DNA of 64,000 nt, from NCBI GenBank assembly GCA_963811165.1, contig CAWEQH010000004.1, positions 96,001 to 160,000 of the forward strand, read 5' to 3'. Shown piece after piece: positions 43,796-53,943 of this stretch. The translations under genes and the position numbers were made by a program. Positions within the stretch are counted from its first letter, which is position 1, and every line of letters begins with the position of its first letter. Under the pieces are notes generated by a model. The model was given only the letters and a program-made list of their open reading frames with translations. It ran no database searches and was not told where the DNA came from. Source of the DNA: an uncultured Nitrospiraceae bacterium (lineage in GTDB: Bacteria; Nitrospirota; Thermodesulfovibrionia; Thermodesulfovibrionales; UBA6898).

Positions 43796-44383
43796 GTGAA
43801 TAAAATCAAAATAGATAAAAGTCTGTTCTGTCTTCCTGGGACTCAGACACTTCTGGGTACTCATCTGAATGGGAAAATAAATTTCATGGCTCTGGATTGG
43901 CTGACAAGAGTCAACTATGACCCTGTAATGTTCGGCATCTGTGTCAATAAGAGAAATGCATCGAATTCAGCCATCAGGGAGACAGGTGAATTCAGTATTA
44001 ATGTCCCGTCTGTTGATATGGTTGCTGTTACAGATTATTGTGGCATCGTATCGGGAAGCAAGACGGACAAGTCTGACCTGTTTGAGGTCTTCTACGGTGA
44101 GTTGAAGCAAGCTCCGCTAATCGAGCTTTGTCCAATCAATATTGAATGCAAATTATCTGAAATTGTTGAACTGCCAACAAACACTTTTTTCATAGGAGAA
44201 GTGCTCAATGTCTATAGCAAGGAAGATTTTCTCACTGACGGTAAGCCAGATGTAAAGAAGGTCAATCCTTTTCTTCTCACCATGCCTGATAACAGATTCT
44301 GGTCAGTTGGAGATAACGTTGGTAGAGCCTGGAACGCTGGATCTAAGTATAGAGAGCAGCTAAATCAGAAGAACTCCGAATAG
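43796..44383 (+). CDS. flavin reductase family protein
   Basis: IRETGEFSINVP, DYCGIVSG, APLIELCPINIEC. Confidence 0.9.
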   Translation: MNKIKIDKSLFCLPGTQTLLGTHLNGKINFMALDWLTRVNYDPVMFGICVNKRNASNSAIRETGEFSINVPSVDMVAVTDYCGIVSGSKTDKSDLFEVFYGELKQAPLIELCPINIECKLSEIVELPTNTFFIGEVLNVYSKEDFLTDGKPDVKKVNPFLLTMPDNRFWSVGDNVGRAWNAGSKYREQLNQKNSE

Positions 44384-44528
44384 ATTGAGGCACAATCTAT
44401 TCGCGTTTGATCTTTGAAATATTTCTCATTTTTGGGCAAATCTCGCCCCTATTAGAAAGGCTTTCTCATGGAGTGTCGGATAGACGGTAAGCATCCTATC
44501 TTTGGACACGCCATATTCTTTTCGCTTC

Positions 44529-44906
44529 TTAGACATTAATCCCAAAATACTTCATCATATCCCCCAGAATCAAGGCATCTTCACCCTCTGTTTCTATGGA
44601 ATGTTCGATAGCCCCATGCTTAACAAGAAACTCATGATCCTCTTCCGCAGAGATATGTCCATGTACGCCTAATCGGGGATGGGAGTCAAAGTATTTGCGG
44701 ATGTCATGAGGGGGAAAGGCTAATCTAATCAGGAAAACAAATTTGATAAGCAGACCCTCACGCTCGATTATACGGGCTTTTTCTCGCTCATGGATTTCAA
44801 CCAAATTCATATCATAAAGGCGACTGCGGACTTGTTTTTCAATCACAGGGGTATAATTAAGTTGTTTTCGTTGCTGCTCAATCATTCGGCAGCCTTTGGA
44901 ACCCAT
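44529..44906 (-). CDS. hypothetical protein
   Basis: ORF only. Confidence 0.4.
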   Translation of the reverse strand: MGSKGCRMIEQQRKQLNYTPVIEKQVRSRLYDMNLVEIHEREKARIIEREGLLIKFVFLIRLAFPPHDIRKYFDSHPRLGVHGHISAEEDHEFLVKHGAIEHSIETEGEDALILGDMMKYFGINV

Positions 44907-44966
44907 TGAATTACTCTTTGAAAAGCGATACAGTGGACATATAGCGACAATGAAAGGAGTGCAAAG

Positions 44967-45380
44967 ATGAGTTTAGAGGTGGTCAAAAGTTTTATTAAAG
45001 AAGTCGGATGGGGATTCCTTGCAACAAGTGACAGCAATAAGGTAGGGGTTCGACCTATGGGAAGCTGCGTTTGGATGGGGAATGAACTATGGTGTGCTAC
45101 TAGAGATAGTTCAGAGAAAATTAAACAACTCAGGAAAGTCCCTTATGCAGAATACTGTTTCAGCGATAGAGAAGGAAAACACGTCAGAATTGCTGGTTCC
45201 TGCACCATCAGTACAAACAATGATGACAAGTTGAAACTATATGAAGCCGTTCCAAGTCTTAAAAAATATTTTAAAGACTCTTCTGACCCTACGTATGTTG
45301 TTATTCGAATGAAACCGGAACGTATCCGATTTATGGCTCAAGCTGGTACGAGATATGAAGATATTGTAATTCCAAAATAA
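44967..45380 (+). CDS. pyridoxamine 5'-phosphate oxidase-like (split barrel) protein
   Basis: FLAT...VRPM, KIKQLRKVP, VRIAG. Confidence 0.85.
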   Translation: MSLEVVKSFIKEVGWGFLATSDSNKVGVRPMGSCVWMGNELWCATRDSSEKIKQLRKVPYAEYCFSDREGKHVRIAGSCTISTNNDDKLKLYEAVPSLKKYFKDSSDPTYVVIRMKPERIRFMAQAGTRYEDIVIPK

Positions 45381-45498
45381 TCATGAGAATAATTCTGGGC
45401 GGAAATAGAACTCAGGGTAGGGCTGATTCAAAACCCGTGACTGTATCGTCTTGCACTTCTAAGACATTTCGGTAGGCTCCTCCTATGTATCCGGTTCA

Positions 45499-45720
45499 TT
45501 AATTATCCAAGTGAGCTAACTGAAGAATATCTCCAGCCATTTTTTCAGGTGTATATCTTCCGTTTAACAGTTCACTTAGAACCATAGAAATAATGGCTAT
45601 TTGGTGAGACTCATTACCAGCATTCCCCACCCAATCTTCGACAATTTCCCTGGTAATATCCTTGTTTGCTATTTGTGCTTTTCTCGTCAACTCTTTATAT
45701 AGGTTATCCAATATGGACAT
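45499..45720 (-). CDS. hypothetical protein
   Basis: AAGGAGG RBS before ATG 45720. Confidence 0.5.
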   Translation of the reverse strand: MSILDNLYKELTRKAQIANKDITREIVEDWVGNAGNESHQIAIISMVLSELLNGRYTPEKMAGDILQLAHLDN

Positions 45721-45918
45721 TTTCTTATCCTCCTTAGCCCTACGACTTAAGTAGGGCACCCTTGTGTCTTTAGTATACCATGCTGAGCTAGTAAAGAATT
45801 TTCAGGAGTGAATTAAATGTTCTGTTACAGCACATCAATAAAATCAATAATGAGCTTCTGTGTTAAGGTACGTACGTGCTCGCAATGTGGATAGTTATTA
45901 AGAAAGAGGGGAAGGATT

Positions 45919-46209
45919 ATGGAATGGAACAAGAATATGCAATGCTGGAAGTACAATAACTGTGGTCATGGAAAGGATTCATTATGTCCTGCTGCTGATC
46001 AGAATGAGGGAAGATCGTGCTGGCTTGTAGCAAAGACATTATGTGGGGGTAAGGTGCATGGTAAGCATACCGAAAGGATCAAGTCATGTGAGGGGTGTGG
46101 CTTTTACATATATATTCATTCATTACTCGCCATACCACCCTCGGATACATCAAACCTCCATGATATAAGGCGGATGAAAGTACTCCGTAGCAATCTATCC
46201 CGTTATTAA
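45919..46209 (+). CDS. two-CW Cys-rich domain protein
   Basis: CWKYNNC, CPA, GRSCWLVAKTLCGG, CEGCGFY. Confidence 0.75.
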   Translation: MEWNKNMQCWKYNNCGHGKDSLCPAADQNEGRSCWLVAKTLCGGKVHGKHTERIKSCEGCGFYIYIHSLLAIPPSDTSNLHDIRRMKVLRSNLSRY

Positions 46210-46332
46210 AGTGCTATAAGGCTCTCCATAATACGATTTAAGACATGATCGGGAGAATTGAGGTGGTATTGGGACGCAGCATTTTGAGGGATGCAGTATA
46301 ATGAGAGTAAGTCTTATATAAAGGAGGACAGC

Positions 46333-46455
46333 ATGAGCAAAGAGAATAAGCAAAAACCCAATGCGAAGAAAAAACCACAGCACACCCTGAAAGAAAAAAG
46401 ACAGGCGAAGAAAGACAAGGTTCAAGGTAAGCCCCTCCAAATGATGCCCAGTTGA
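46333..46455 (+). CDS. 40-aa lysine-rich small protein (not in ORF track)
   Basis: AAGGAGG RBS; MSKENKQKPNAKKKPQHTLKEKRQAKKDK... Confidence 0.65.
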   Translation: MSKENKQKPNAKKKPQHTLKEKRQAKKDKVQGKPLQMMPS

Positions 46456-46490
46456 ACTTACAATGGGCAGGTCATTTCCCGATCCCCCAT

Positions 46491-46740
46491 ACGGGCCTCA
46501 GAGCAGGGAATATCGTTAATCTGACTGTATCTCGGTGAGACTTTCATAATGATCGGATTAACATTAACGACCTCGAGATGAAAAACAGCGAGCCCTTCTC
46601 TATTGGGATGACCTCCGAGGTTAAGGCAACCCTCCAGAATGTCTTGAAGGAGCGCAAGGTAATAAGCCCCTATGTCTTTACTGATGAAATGGGTAGACCG
46701 TATTCGAGGAATGCAGTCTCTATGTCATTTAGGAGAGGGG
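46491..46740 (+). pseudogene. tyrosine integrase remnant
   Basis: TGLRAGNIVNL (box I), MKNSEP..I.M, PYVFT..GRPY; disrupted and lacking HxxR/Y. Confidence 0.7.
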
Positions 46741-46804
46741 CAGTGCTATATCCAGCGTGCAATAGTTCACGGGAAAAGTGAATATGTGCGTACTGGATAT
46801 ACGC

Positions 46805-47098
46805 TCAGGCCTTCCTTGACTCCAGTTTTATGACAACCTTTGCATCCAGCGCATCAGCGATCTTCTTCAGTGTCGAAAGTTTGGGCAGTCCGTGGGTGAG
46901 ACCCTCTATTCTAGATATTGTCGACTGGGGCATGCCGGCCTTTTTAGCAACCTGCTCCTGAGTCATCTTTTTCCTCTGCCGCTGTTCGAGGATGCTCTTT
47001 GCCAACTCGTATTCAGGCAGGAGCTTTTCATACTCCTTTCTGACGTTCTTGTTCTTTAAAAGTTCTTTTACGTGTTCTTCGTATGCGTTCTTTTTCAT
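46805..47098 (-). CDS. XRE-family HTH antitoxin
   Basis: MTQEQVAKKAGMPQSTISRIE, LSTLKKIA; paired with a RelE-like gene. Confidence 0.88.
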   Translation of the reverse strand: MKKNAYEEHVKELLKNKNVRKEYEKLLPEYELAKSILEQRQRKKMTQEQVAKKAGMPQSTISRIEGLTHGLPKLSTLKKIADALDAKVVIKLESRKA

Positions 47099-47099
47099 A

Positions 47100-47453
47100 T
47101 TACACCTCCCTCGAAAGGTAATCCTTCATCCTTTCTTCAGCTGTTTCAATCTCCCTCTGCGGGGTCTTGTCCGTCTTCTTTGTAAAGCCATGCAGAAGTA
47201 TGAACTTCTTTCCTGTATGGGTGAAGTAAAGTATCCTGCTGATTCCTGTCTTGTCCTTGATCCGTATCTCAAAAAGCTTCTTTCGGCCGGTAAGCTGTTT
47301 CACATACGGTTCTTTTACCATCACTCCGTATTCCGTGAGCAGCCTGGTAATGAAGATATACTTTGCCCGGCCTTCAGGCGAAAGACTATCGACAAATTCC
47401 CTGACAGGGCATCTGCCGTCGGTCGTTTCATAGTATTCGATGGCCCAGTGCAC
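47100..47453 (-). CDS. RelE/ParE (Gp49-like) toxin
   Basis: LFEIR, RILYF, LLHGFTKKTDKTPQREI. Confidence 0.9.
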   Translation of the reverse strand: MHWAIEYYETTDGRCPVREFVDSLSPEGRAKYIFITRLLTEYGVMVKEPYVKQLTGRKKLFEIRIKDKTGISRILYFTHTGKKFILLHGFTKKTDKTPQREIETAEERMKDYLSREV

Positions 47454-47583
47454 GTATTATTATATAGCACTGATGCTATAAAGGCAATAACGGTCAAGCT
47501 CTCAACTCTGGAGAGGGTGGCCCATGCGTTTGGGAAAAGACTTGAAGTAAAGGTAGCCTGAAAGACAAGGCCTAAGGTATAAA

Positions 47584-47930
47584 ATGAAGGAGGCAAAAGA
47601 GCACAAGGCTGAAGTGGTACAGAAGTACCGGGTGCGCGAGATAGGCATCTTCGGCTCTTTTGTCCGCGGCGAACAGAAACGACGGAGTGATATCGATATC
47701 CTTTGTGGAATTTTATATGACGCGGGAATGGAAATTCTTCATTCAGGACATCTACGACGCAATACAGTACGTAAAAGAGTTTATCGGCTCGATGAAGCGC
47801 AAAGAATTTCTTGCCGATGAGAAAACAAGAAGCGCCGTCGCATTCAAGATCGAGAATATCGGGGAAGCGTCCAAAAACATACCCAAAGAGATAAAGGCAC
47901 AGTACAAGGAACTTCCCTGGACTGACAAAC
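47584..47930 (+). pseudogene. MNT nucleotidyltransferase plus HepT/DUF86 toxin-antitoxin remnant
   Basis: IFGSFVRGEQKRRSDIDIL truncated; DUF86 part from ATG 47717 (IGEASKNIP...LPW) loses similarity before the RxxxxH motif. Confidence 0.8.
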
Positions 47931-48065
47931 TTCCCTTCACAAGCGAAAAGGGACTCCCAATAGATAAGCAGTGTCTTCAGTTGGCAATCGAAGAACTTCG
48001 GTCACGTCTGCTTTTCATGTTTTGGAAAAATAAAAGGGCTTGCTCTCGCAAACCCTTGAATTTGT

Positions 48066-48143
48066 TGGCGTCCCCAGCGGGATTCGAACCCGCGTTACCG
48101 CCTTGAAAGGGCGATGTCCTAGGCCGGGCTAGACGATGGGGAC
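48066..48143 (-). tRNA. tRNA-Glu(UUC)
   Basis: Cloverleaf GTCCCCA...CTTTCAA...GGTTCGAATCC...TGGGGACGCCA. Confidence 0.97.
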
Positions 48144-48146
48144 ATT

Positions 48147-48222
48147 TGGTGAGCCGCGTTGGATTCGAACCAACGACCCACGCCTTAAAAGGGCGTTGCT
48201 CTACCAACTGAGCTAGCGGCCC
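48147..48222 (-). tRNA. tRNA-Lys(UUU)
   Basis: Cloverleaf GGGCCGC...CTTTTAA...GGTTCGAATCC...GCGGCTCACCA. Confidence 0.97.
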
Positions 48223-48238
48223 CGAAACACAGACTATA

Positions 48239-48268
48239 AAGATACACTGTATCGCGTTTTCTTGTCAA
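48239..48268 (-). promoter_or_regulatory. sigma70-type promoter of the tRNA pair
   Basis: TTGACA-N18-TATCTT. Confidence 0.6.
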
Positions 48269-48350
48269 TTGATCAGGACCTGTCGGCCGTGTCCTAATTG
48301 AGAAATCAATACAGGACACGATGCCCTATTTTAGGCTTTCACCGGCCGGG

Positions 48351-50297
48351 TTACGACGATGAAAGCCCCTTTGTGTAAGGCAGAAGGCCGCCTTTTTTCA
48401 AGACCTCCCTCTCCCGGTCGTTAAGGGTAGACCTGACGCTAAGGGATTTCCCGGAGGTGATATCTTCGACGGTATAGGTCTGTCCGCCGGAAAGCGCGCC
48501 CAAGAGGTCCTTTATGACGATGCGATCGCCTTTTTCTATCTTGTCGTAATCAACAGGGTTTTCAAAAACCAGGGGAAGTATACCGAAATTGATCAGGTTC
48601 GAGCGGTGTATGCGGGCAAACGACTTTGCGATGACGGCATGAACACCGAGGAACATCGGAGCGATGGCAGCGTGTTCCCTCGAAGACCCCTGGCCGTAGT
48701 TTTCCCCGCCTATGAGTATTCCCCCGCCCTTTGTCTTTGCCTCCTTCGCCCTGCCTGAGAATGTCTTGTCGATATTTTCGAAGACGAAATCGGAGATCGC
48801 CGGGATGTTGGACCTGAAGGGCAGTACCTTCGAACCCGCGGGCATGATGTCGTCCGTAGTAATATTGTCCCCGAGCTTAAGAAGCACCTCGGCCTCTATT
48901 CTGTCTTTGAGAGGCTCCTTTACCGAGACCTCCTTTATGTTGGGCCCCTTGACGACCCGTACCGCTCCGGTATCGTCTTTTGGCGGGATGATGAAATTCC
49001 TGTTGATCAGGTATTTCGAGGGCTCCTTGAAGCTCCTTATTTCGATACCTGAGTCGCGCGGGTCCGTCATTCTGCCCGCAAGCGCAAATACTGCGCATGA
49101 GACCGGACTTGCGAGATAGATGAGGGCGTCTTTTGTCCCGCTTCTTCCCTTGAAGTTCCTGTTGTAAGAGCGGACCGACACCTGGCCCGAAGCGGGCGCT
49201 CCGCCCATGCCTATACAGGGCCCGCAGGAAGATTCGAGCATGCGTGCGCCTGCGGCGATCATGTCGGAGGTAAGCCCCTCCTTCGATATCATCTCATAGA
49301 CCTGTTTCGATCCGGGGTTTATGAGGAGGTTTATATCCTCGGCAACCGTCCTGCCCTTAAGCACCGAAGCCACCGTCTTCATCGCCTGATAGGATGAGTT
49401 GGTGCAACTGCCGATACAGACCTGATCGACCTTTGTGCCGGCAAGACTCTTTACGGTCACCACATTATCGGGGCTATGGGGCTGTGCGATCATCGGCTCT
49501 ATCTGGCCGAGGTCGAGCTCTATCTTCTCTGCATATTTCGCCCCCTTGTCCGCGGTGAGTTCGGTCCAGTCTCCCCCCCTGCCGACCGCGGCAAGGTAGA
49601 ATTTAGTCCTCTTGTCACTGGGAAAAACAGAGGTCGTTGCGCCCAGCTCAGCCCCCATATTCGTGATGGTTGCGCGCTCGGTGACATTGAGGTCCCTGAC
49701 GCCGGGGCCGCCGTATTCCATGATCTTTCCCACGCCGCCTTTGACCGAAAGCCTCCTCAGTATCTCAAGGATCACATCCATTGCGGCCACCCACGGCCTG
49801 TTGAGTTTGCCCGTAAGGTGTATCTTTACCACCTGCGGCATGGTCAGCTCGAAAGGGGAACCGCCCATGACGGTCGCTGCGTCGAGGCCTCCGACGCCGA
49901 TTGCGATCATCCCCATCCCTCCGCCCGTAGGCGTATGACTGTCCGTTCCGAGGGCGATCTTGCCGGGGGCGGCGAATTGTTCGAGGTGCACCTGGTGGCA
50001 GATGCCGTTACCCGGCTTCGAAAAAAATGCGCCGTATCTTGCGGCTGCAGTCTGCAAAAACATGTGGTCGTCGGGGTTCATATAATTTTGCTGGAGCATG
50101 TTGTGGTCGACATACGAAACCGCAAGAGGGACTTTCACCCTGTTAAGTCCCATCGCCTCAAACTGCAGCCATGTCATCGTCCCGGTTGCGTCCTGGGTAT
50201 AGACCTGATCGACTCTAAGTCCCACGGAGGTCCCGGCCTTTATCTCGCCGTACACGCGATGTGCCTCGAATATCTTCTCTACAATGTTTTTGCCCAC
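48351..50297 (-). CDS. aconitate hydratase (short, Aquifex-type)
   Basis: QDATG, DSHT, IGSCTNS, CGPCIG, NRNF, GQGSSREHA. Confidence 0.93.
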   Translation of the reverse strand: MGKNIVEKIFEAHRVYGEIKAGTSVGLRVDQVYTQDATGTMTWLQFEAMGLNRVKVPLAVSYVDHNMLQQNYMNPDDHMFLQTAAARYGAFFSKPGNGICHQVHLEQFAAPGKIALGTDSHTPTGGGMGMIAIGVGGLDAATVMGGSPFELTMPQVVKIHLTGKLNRPWVAAMDVILEILRRLSVKGGVGKIMEYGGPGVRDLNVTERATITNMGAELGATTSVFPSDKRTKFYLAAVGRGGDWTELTADKGAKYAEKIELDLGQIEPMIAQPHSPDNVVTVKSLAGTKVDQVCIGSCTNSSYQAMKTVASVLKGRTVAEDINLLINPGSKQVYEMISKEGLTSDMIAAGARMLESSCGPCIGMGGAPASGQVSVRSYNRNFKGRSGTKDALIYLASPVSCAVFALAGRMTDPRDSGIEIRSFKEPSKYLINRNFIIPPKDDTGAVRVVKGPNIKEVSVKEPLKDRIEAEVLLKLGDNITTDDIMPAGSKVLPFRSNIPAISDFVFENIDKTFSGRAKEAKTKGGGILIGGENYGQGSSREHAAIAPMFLGVHAVIAKSFARIHRSNLINFGILPLVFENPVDYDKIEKGDRIVIKDLLGALSGGQTYTVEDITSGKSLSVRSTLNDREREVLKKGGLLPYTKGLSSS

Positions 50298-50368
50298 GAT
50301 AACCTCTCTATAAATTTAATTTTTTATTTTACCTTTCGCCAGCCGGTCGAATCAACATTCTCACAAAC

Positions 50369-50697
50369 GCGGAGCTTCGCCCCGCACAAAATATTTAGTA
50401 CTTTGTAATTTTCATTATTGATAGACTTTCTCCTCGGGACGTTGCCCCGAACCCCAGTTACCTTTCTTGCTCGCTCCAAGCAAGGTAACCCAAAGAAGGG
50501 CGCCCCGACGAAAATTTCATACGGCTGTGCAGACGTCCTCGGTAGATTTTAGGAACTCGCCTACGGCTCAGACAGCCTAAAATCTTTAACCCTGCGGGCG
50601 TCTGTGCTCGCCTAAATTTTCGAAGGGGAATTACCTGGCGAAGGAGGCCTTGCTGAACCTGCCTTTTTGGAGTTTTACGAGGCCCCTTCTAAAATTA
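50369..50697. repeat. structured repeat arm B (+, 50436-50634) with arm A fragments on both sides
   Basis: Arm B core conserved; GCGGAGCTTCGCCCCGCAC at 50369 and GGCCCCTTCTAAAATT at 50681 (arm A 3' end, facing arm B). Confidence 0.85.
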
Positions 50698-50808
50698 AGA
50701 GAATCGAAATGAGGCCGCAACCGCCCGTGGTTTTTGACTTTATGGGCGATGCTGTGTTAAAAATATTAGGCAAATCGGGCAATAAATATAACTTCACGGA
50801 GATCCACG

Positions 50809-52065
50809 ATGCATTTTTTCTGTTACAAGGGCGATGAACTGTACGCCGAAGACGTTTCGGTGGGTACGCTGACAAAGAAGTACGGTTCGCCCCTTTATAT
50901 CTATAGCTATCACACGCTGGTGAGGCACATCAGGGCATACGACGAGGCCTACCGTGCGTATCCGCATATCATCTGTTATGCGCTTAAGGCCAATACCAAC
51001 GGGGCAATTGTGAGGACCCTTGCAAAAAACGGCGGTGGGGCCGACATCGTCTCGGGGGGCGAACTCTTCAGGGCGCTTCGGGCCGGGGTGCCTTCGGACA
51101 AGATAGTGTATGCGGGCGTGGGCAAGACAGAAGAAGAGATACGCTTTGCGCTTAGATCGAAGATCCTTATGTTCAACGTCGAATCCGAAGACGAATTGAA
51201 GGAGATCGACAGGGTCGCGGGCATTATGAGGGTCAAAGCGCCGATAGCGCTCAGGATCAACCCCGACATCAATCCCCGGACGCACCCTTACATATCCACG
51301 GGCATGAAGGAGCATAAGTTCGGGATTTCGATCGACAGGGCGATAGAAAACTACAGGCTTGCCTCCAGACTCAGGAACGTCGAAGTGGTGGGGGTGCAAA
51401 AGCATATCGGCTCCCAGATAACGGAGTTGTCTCCCTTCGTGGATGCGATGAAGAGGATACTTACGCTCGTAGACGAGTTAAACAGGCGCGGCTTCGATAT
51501 CAGGTACTTAGACATAGGCGGAGGACTCGGCATCCCCTACCTGGATGAGACGCCTCCTTTGCCGAGCGACCTGGCGGCAAATCTGCTTCCCCTCGTAAAC
51601 GGAAGGAAGATCACGCTTATCATGGAGCCCGGAAGGTCGATCGTCGGCAACGCAGGCATTCTCGTCACAAAGGCCCTCTATCTGAAGAAGGGCGCCGGTA
51701 AGGATTTCGTGATCGTCGATGCGGGCATGAACGACCTTATGCGGCCGTCGCTCTACGATGCGTATCATCATATCCTGCCGGTAGTCAGACAAAGAAGGTC
51801 GACGATAACGGCCGACATAGTGGGGCCTATCTGCGAGTCGGGAGATTTTCTGGCCAGGAAGAGGCAGATCGAAAAGGTGAAGCAGGGTGAATATCTTGCG
51901 GTCATGAGTGCGGGGGCCTACGGGATGTCGATGAGTTCGAACTATAACAGCAGGCCGACGATTGCGGAGGTCATGGTAAAGGGCAGGACCCACAGCCTCA
52001 TAAGGAGGCGCGGCACGTATGAAGAACTCGTGGAAGACGAGATCACGCCGGGGTACCTCAAATGA
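50809..52065 (+). CDS. lysA: diaminopimelate decarboxylase
   Basis: YALKAN, HIGSQ, EPGR, GPICESGD, SNYN. Confidence 0.97.
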   Translation: MHFFCYKGDELYAEDVSVGTLTKKYGSPLYIYSYHTLVRHIRAYDEAYRAYPHIICYALKANTNGAIVRTLAKNGGGADIVSGGELFRALRAGVPSDKIVYAGVGKTEEEIRFALRSKILMFNVESEDELKEIDRVAGIMRVKAPIALRINPDINPRTHPYISTGMKEHKFGISIDRAIENYRLASRLRNVEVVGVQKHIGSQITELSPFVDAMKRILTLVDELNRRGFDIRYLDIGGGLGIPYLDETPPLPSDLAANLLPLVNGRKITLIMEPGRSIVGNAGILVTKALYLKKGAGKDFVIVDAGMNDLMRPSLYDAYHHILPVVRQRRSTITADIVGPICESGDFLARKRQIEKVKQGEYLAVMSAGAYGMSMSSNYNSRPTIAEVMVKGRTHSLIRRRGTYEELVEDEITPGYLK

Positions 52066-52892
52066 GGCTTGAGTTTACCAAGATGCACGGCCTCGGCAAC
52101 GATTTTATCCTGATCGACTGCCGGGACGAGGCGATCAGCGACCGGCTTTCGATGCCCGGGGACCTCAGCAAGAGGTTTTGTCACCGGCGTTTCGGCATCG
52201 GCGCGGACCAGATGCTATTACTCTACCCGTCGAAGATCGCGGATTTTATGATGAGGATCTTCAACGCAGACGGCAGCGAGGTCGAGATGTGCGGAAACGG
52301 CATCCGCTGCCTCGCACACTACATCTGGGACCGCGGCCTCTCGAAAAAGGATGCGCTTTCGGTGGAGACCGCTGCCGGGATCATAAGGCCCGAAAAGGCG
52401 GGTGAAATGGTAAAGGTCGATATGGGCGAGCCGATACTGCAGGCGCGCCAGATACCGGTGGATCTTGACGGTGTGATAAAAAATTACCCTCTGATGACGG
52501 ATGGGAAAGAGTTTCACATTACTTGCGTCTCGATGGGTAATCCGCATGCCGTGATCTTTGTCGGGGATGTCGACGGATTCGATGTCAGAAGATATGGGCC
52601 GGCGATTGAGACCCACGGACTTTTCCCTAAGAGGACGAACGTCGAATTTATTCAGATTACGGGCCCCGAAAGATTGAAGATGCGTGTATGGGAAAGGGGC
52701 GCGGGCGAGACTATGGCCTGCGGCACAGGCGCCTCCGCTGCCGCGGTAGCGTCAAACCTCAACGGCTTTACCGGAAAGAAAGTGACGGTGGCCCTTCTTG
52801 GGGGTGAGCTTGACGTCGAGTGGTCCGGAGATAACCATGTATATATGACGGGTCCAGCCCAGGAAGTATTTGAAGGCCGGATAGAGGTATAA
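52062..52892 (+). CDS. dapF: diaminopimelate epimerase
   Basis: KMHGLGNDF, EMCGNG, GNPH, ERGAGETMACGTG. Confidence 0.98.
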   Translation: MRLEFTKMHGLGNDFILIDCRDEAISDRLSMPGDLSKRFCHRRFGIGADQMLLLYPSKIADFMMRIFNADGSEVEMCGNGIRCLAHYIWDRGLSKKDALSVETAAGIIRPEKAGEMVKVDMGEPILQARQIPVDLDGVIKNYPLMTDGKEFHITCVSMGNPHAVIFVGDVDGFDVRRYGPAIETHGLFPKRTNVEFIQITGPERLKMRVWERGAGETMACGTGASAAAVASNLNGFTGKKVTVALLGGELDVEWSGDNHVYMTGPAQEVFEGRIEV

Positions 52893-52920
52893 ATAATAAT
52901 CAGCTTTCAGAGGAGGATCT

Positions 52921-53796
52921 ATGTTCAAAGGCTCAATTGTCGCGATAGTCACACCATTTAAGAATGGGAAGGTTGATGAGAAGGCCTTAGGGGACCTTAT
53001 TGAATGGCATATAAAGCAGGGGACCAACGCGATCGTTCCGTGCGGAACGACGGGCGAATCCGCCACGCTTGACTACAAGGAACACGACAGGGTCATCGAA
53101 TTCACGGTGAAGGCCGTTAATAAACGGGTGCCGGTCATCGCGGGCACTGGAGCCAACGCGACCGACGAGACGATCATGATCACAAAACATGCGAAGAAGG
53201 CCGGCGCCGATGGAGCGCTCCTCGTCTCCCCCTATTACAACAAGCCGACACAGGAGGGGCTTTACAGACACTACAAGGCCGTTGCCGACGCGGTGAAGAT
53301 CCCTATCGTTCTTTATAATGTCCCGGGAAGGACAGCGGTGAACATACTGCCTTCCACTGTGGCGAGACTTGCCGAGGTAAAGAATATCGTGGCATTAAAA
53401 GAGGCCACAGGCGACATGAAGCAGGCCAGCGAGGTGATACGTCTCTGTGGTGACCGCATCGCGGTCCTTTCAGGCGATGATTTTACGACCCTCCCGCTCC
53501 TTGCCCTGGGCGGCAAGGGCACCATCTCGGTGACGGCAAACATAATGCCGAAGCTCGTCTCCGATATGTGCGCACTATGGGAACGGGGAAAGTTCGAGGA
53601 AGCAAGAGAGATCCATTTTACGCTTGAGCCCCTCAACGCCTCCATGTTTATAGAGACGAACCCGATACCGGTAAAAACGGCCCTTGCGATGATGGGCAAG
53701 ATAAAGGAAGAGTTCAGACTGCCGCTTTGCGAGATGGCGAAGGCAAACAGGGAGAAGCTTAAAAACGTATTGAAATCTTATAAGCTCGTCAGATAA
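52921..53796 (+). CDS. dapA: 4-hydroxy-tetrahydrodipicolinate synthase
   Basis: GTTGES, PYYNKP, YNVPGRT, KEATG. Confidence 0.97.
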   Translation: MFKGSIVAIVTPFKNGKVDEKALGDLIEWHIKQGTNAIVPCGTTGESATLDYKEHDRVIEFTVKAVNKRVPVIAGTGANATDETIMITKHAKKAGADGALLVSPYYNKPTQEGLYRHYKAVADAVKIPIVLYNVPGRTAVNILPSTVARLAEVKNIVALKEATGDMKQASEVIRLCGDRIAVLSGDDFTTLPLLALGGKGTISVTANIMPKLVSDMCALWERGKFEEAREIHFTLEPLNASMFIETNPIPVKTALAMMGKIKEEFRLPLCEMAKANREKLKNVLKSYKLVR

Positions 53797-53831
53797 GACA
53801 AATATCTGCCTCTGACAAACTATTTCCAGGG

Positions 53832-53865
53832 AAGTCCCCCCTTAAAACAGGGGGGACTTTTTTTT
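53832..53865 (+). terminator. intrinsic terminator of lysA-dapF-dapA
   Basis: AAGTCCCCCCT...AGGGGGGACTT followed by a T-run. Confidence 0.85.
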
Positions 53866-53943
53866 GGGAGTGCCTGCAGTAAAGCGGTCTGCGGTAAAAC
53901 GCTCTAGGATGAGCGGAGTCCTCCATGATATAATGTTTCCGGG

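Noticed and set aside
49476..50408. Long antisense ORFs (e.g. 49476-50408, 22520-23317, 59366-60157)
   Set aside because: Shadow frames opposite well-supported genes
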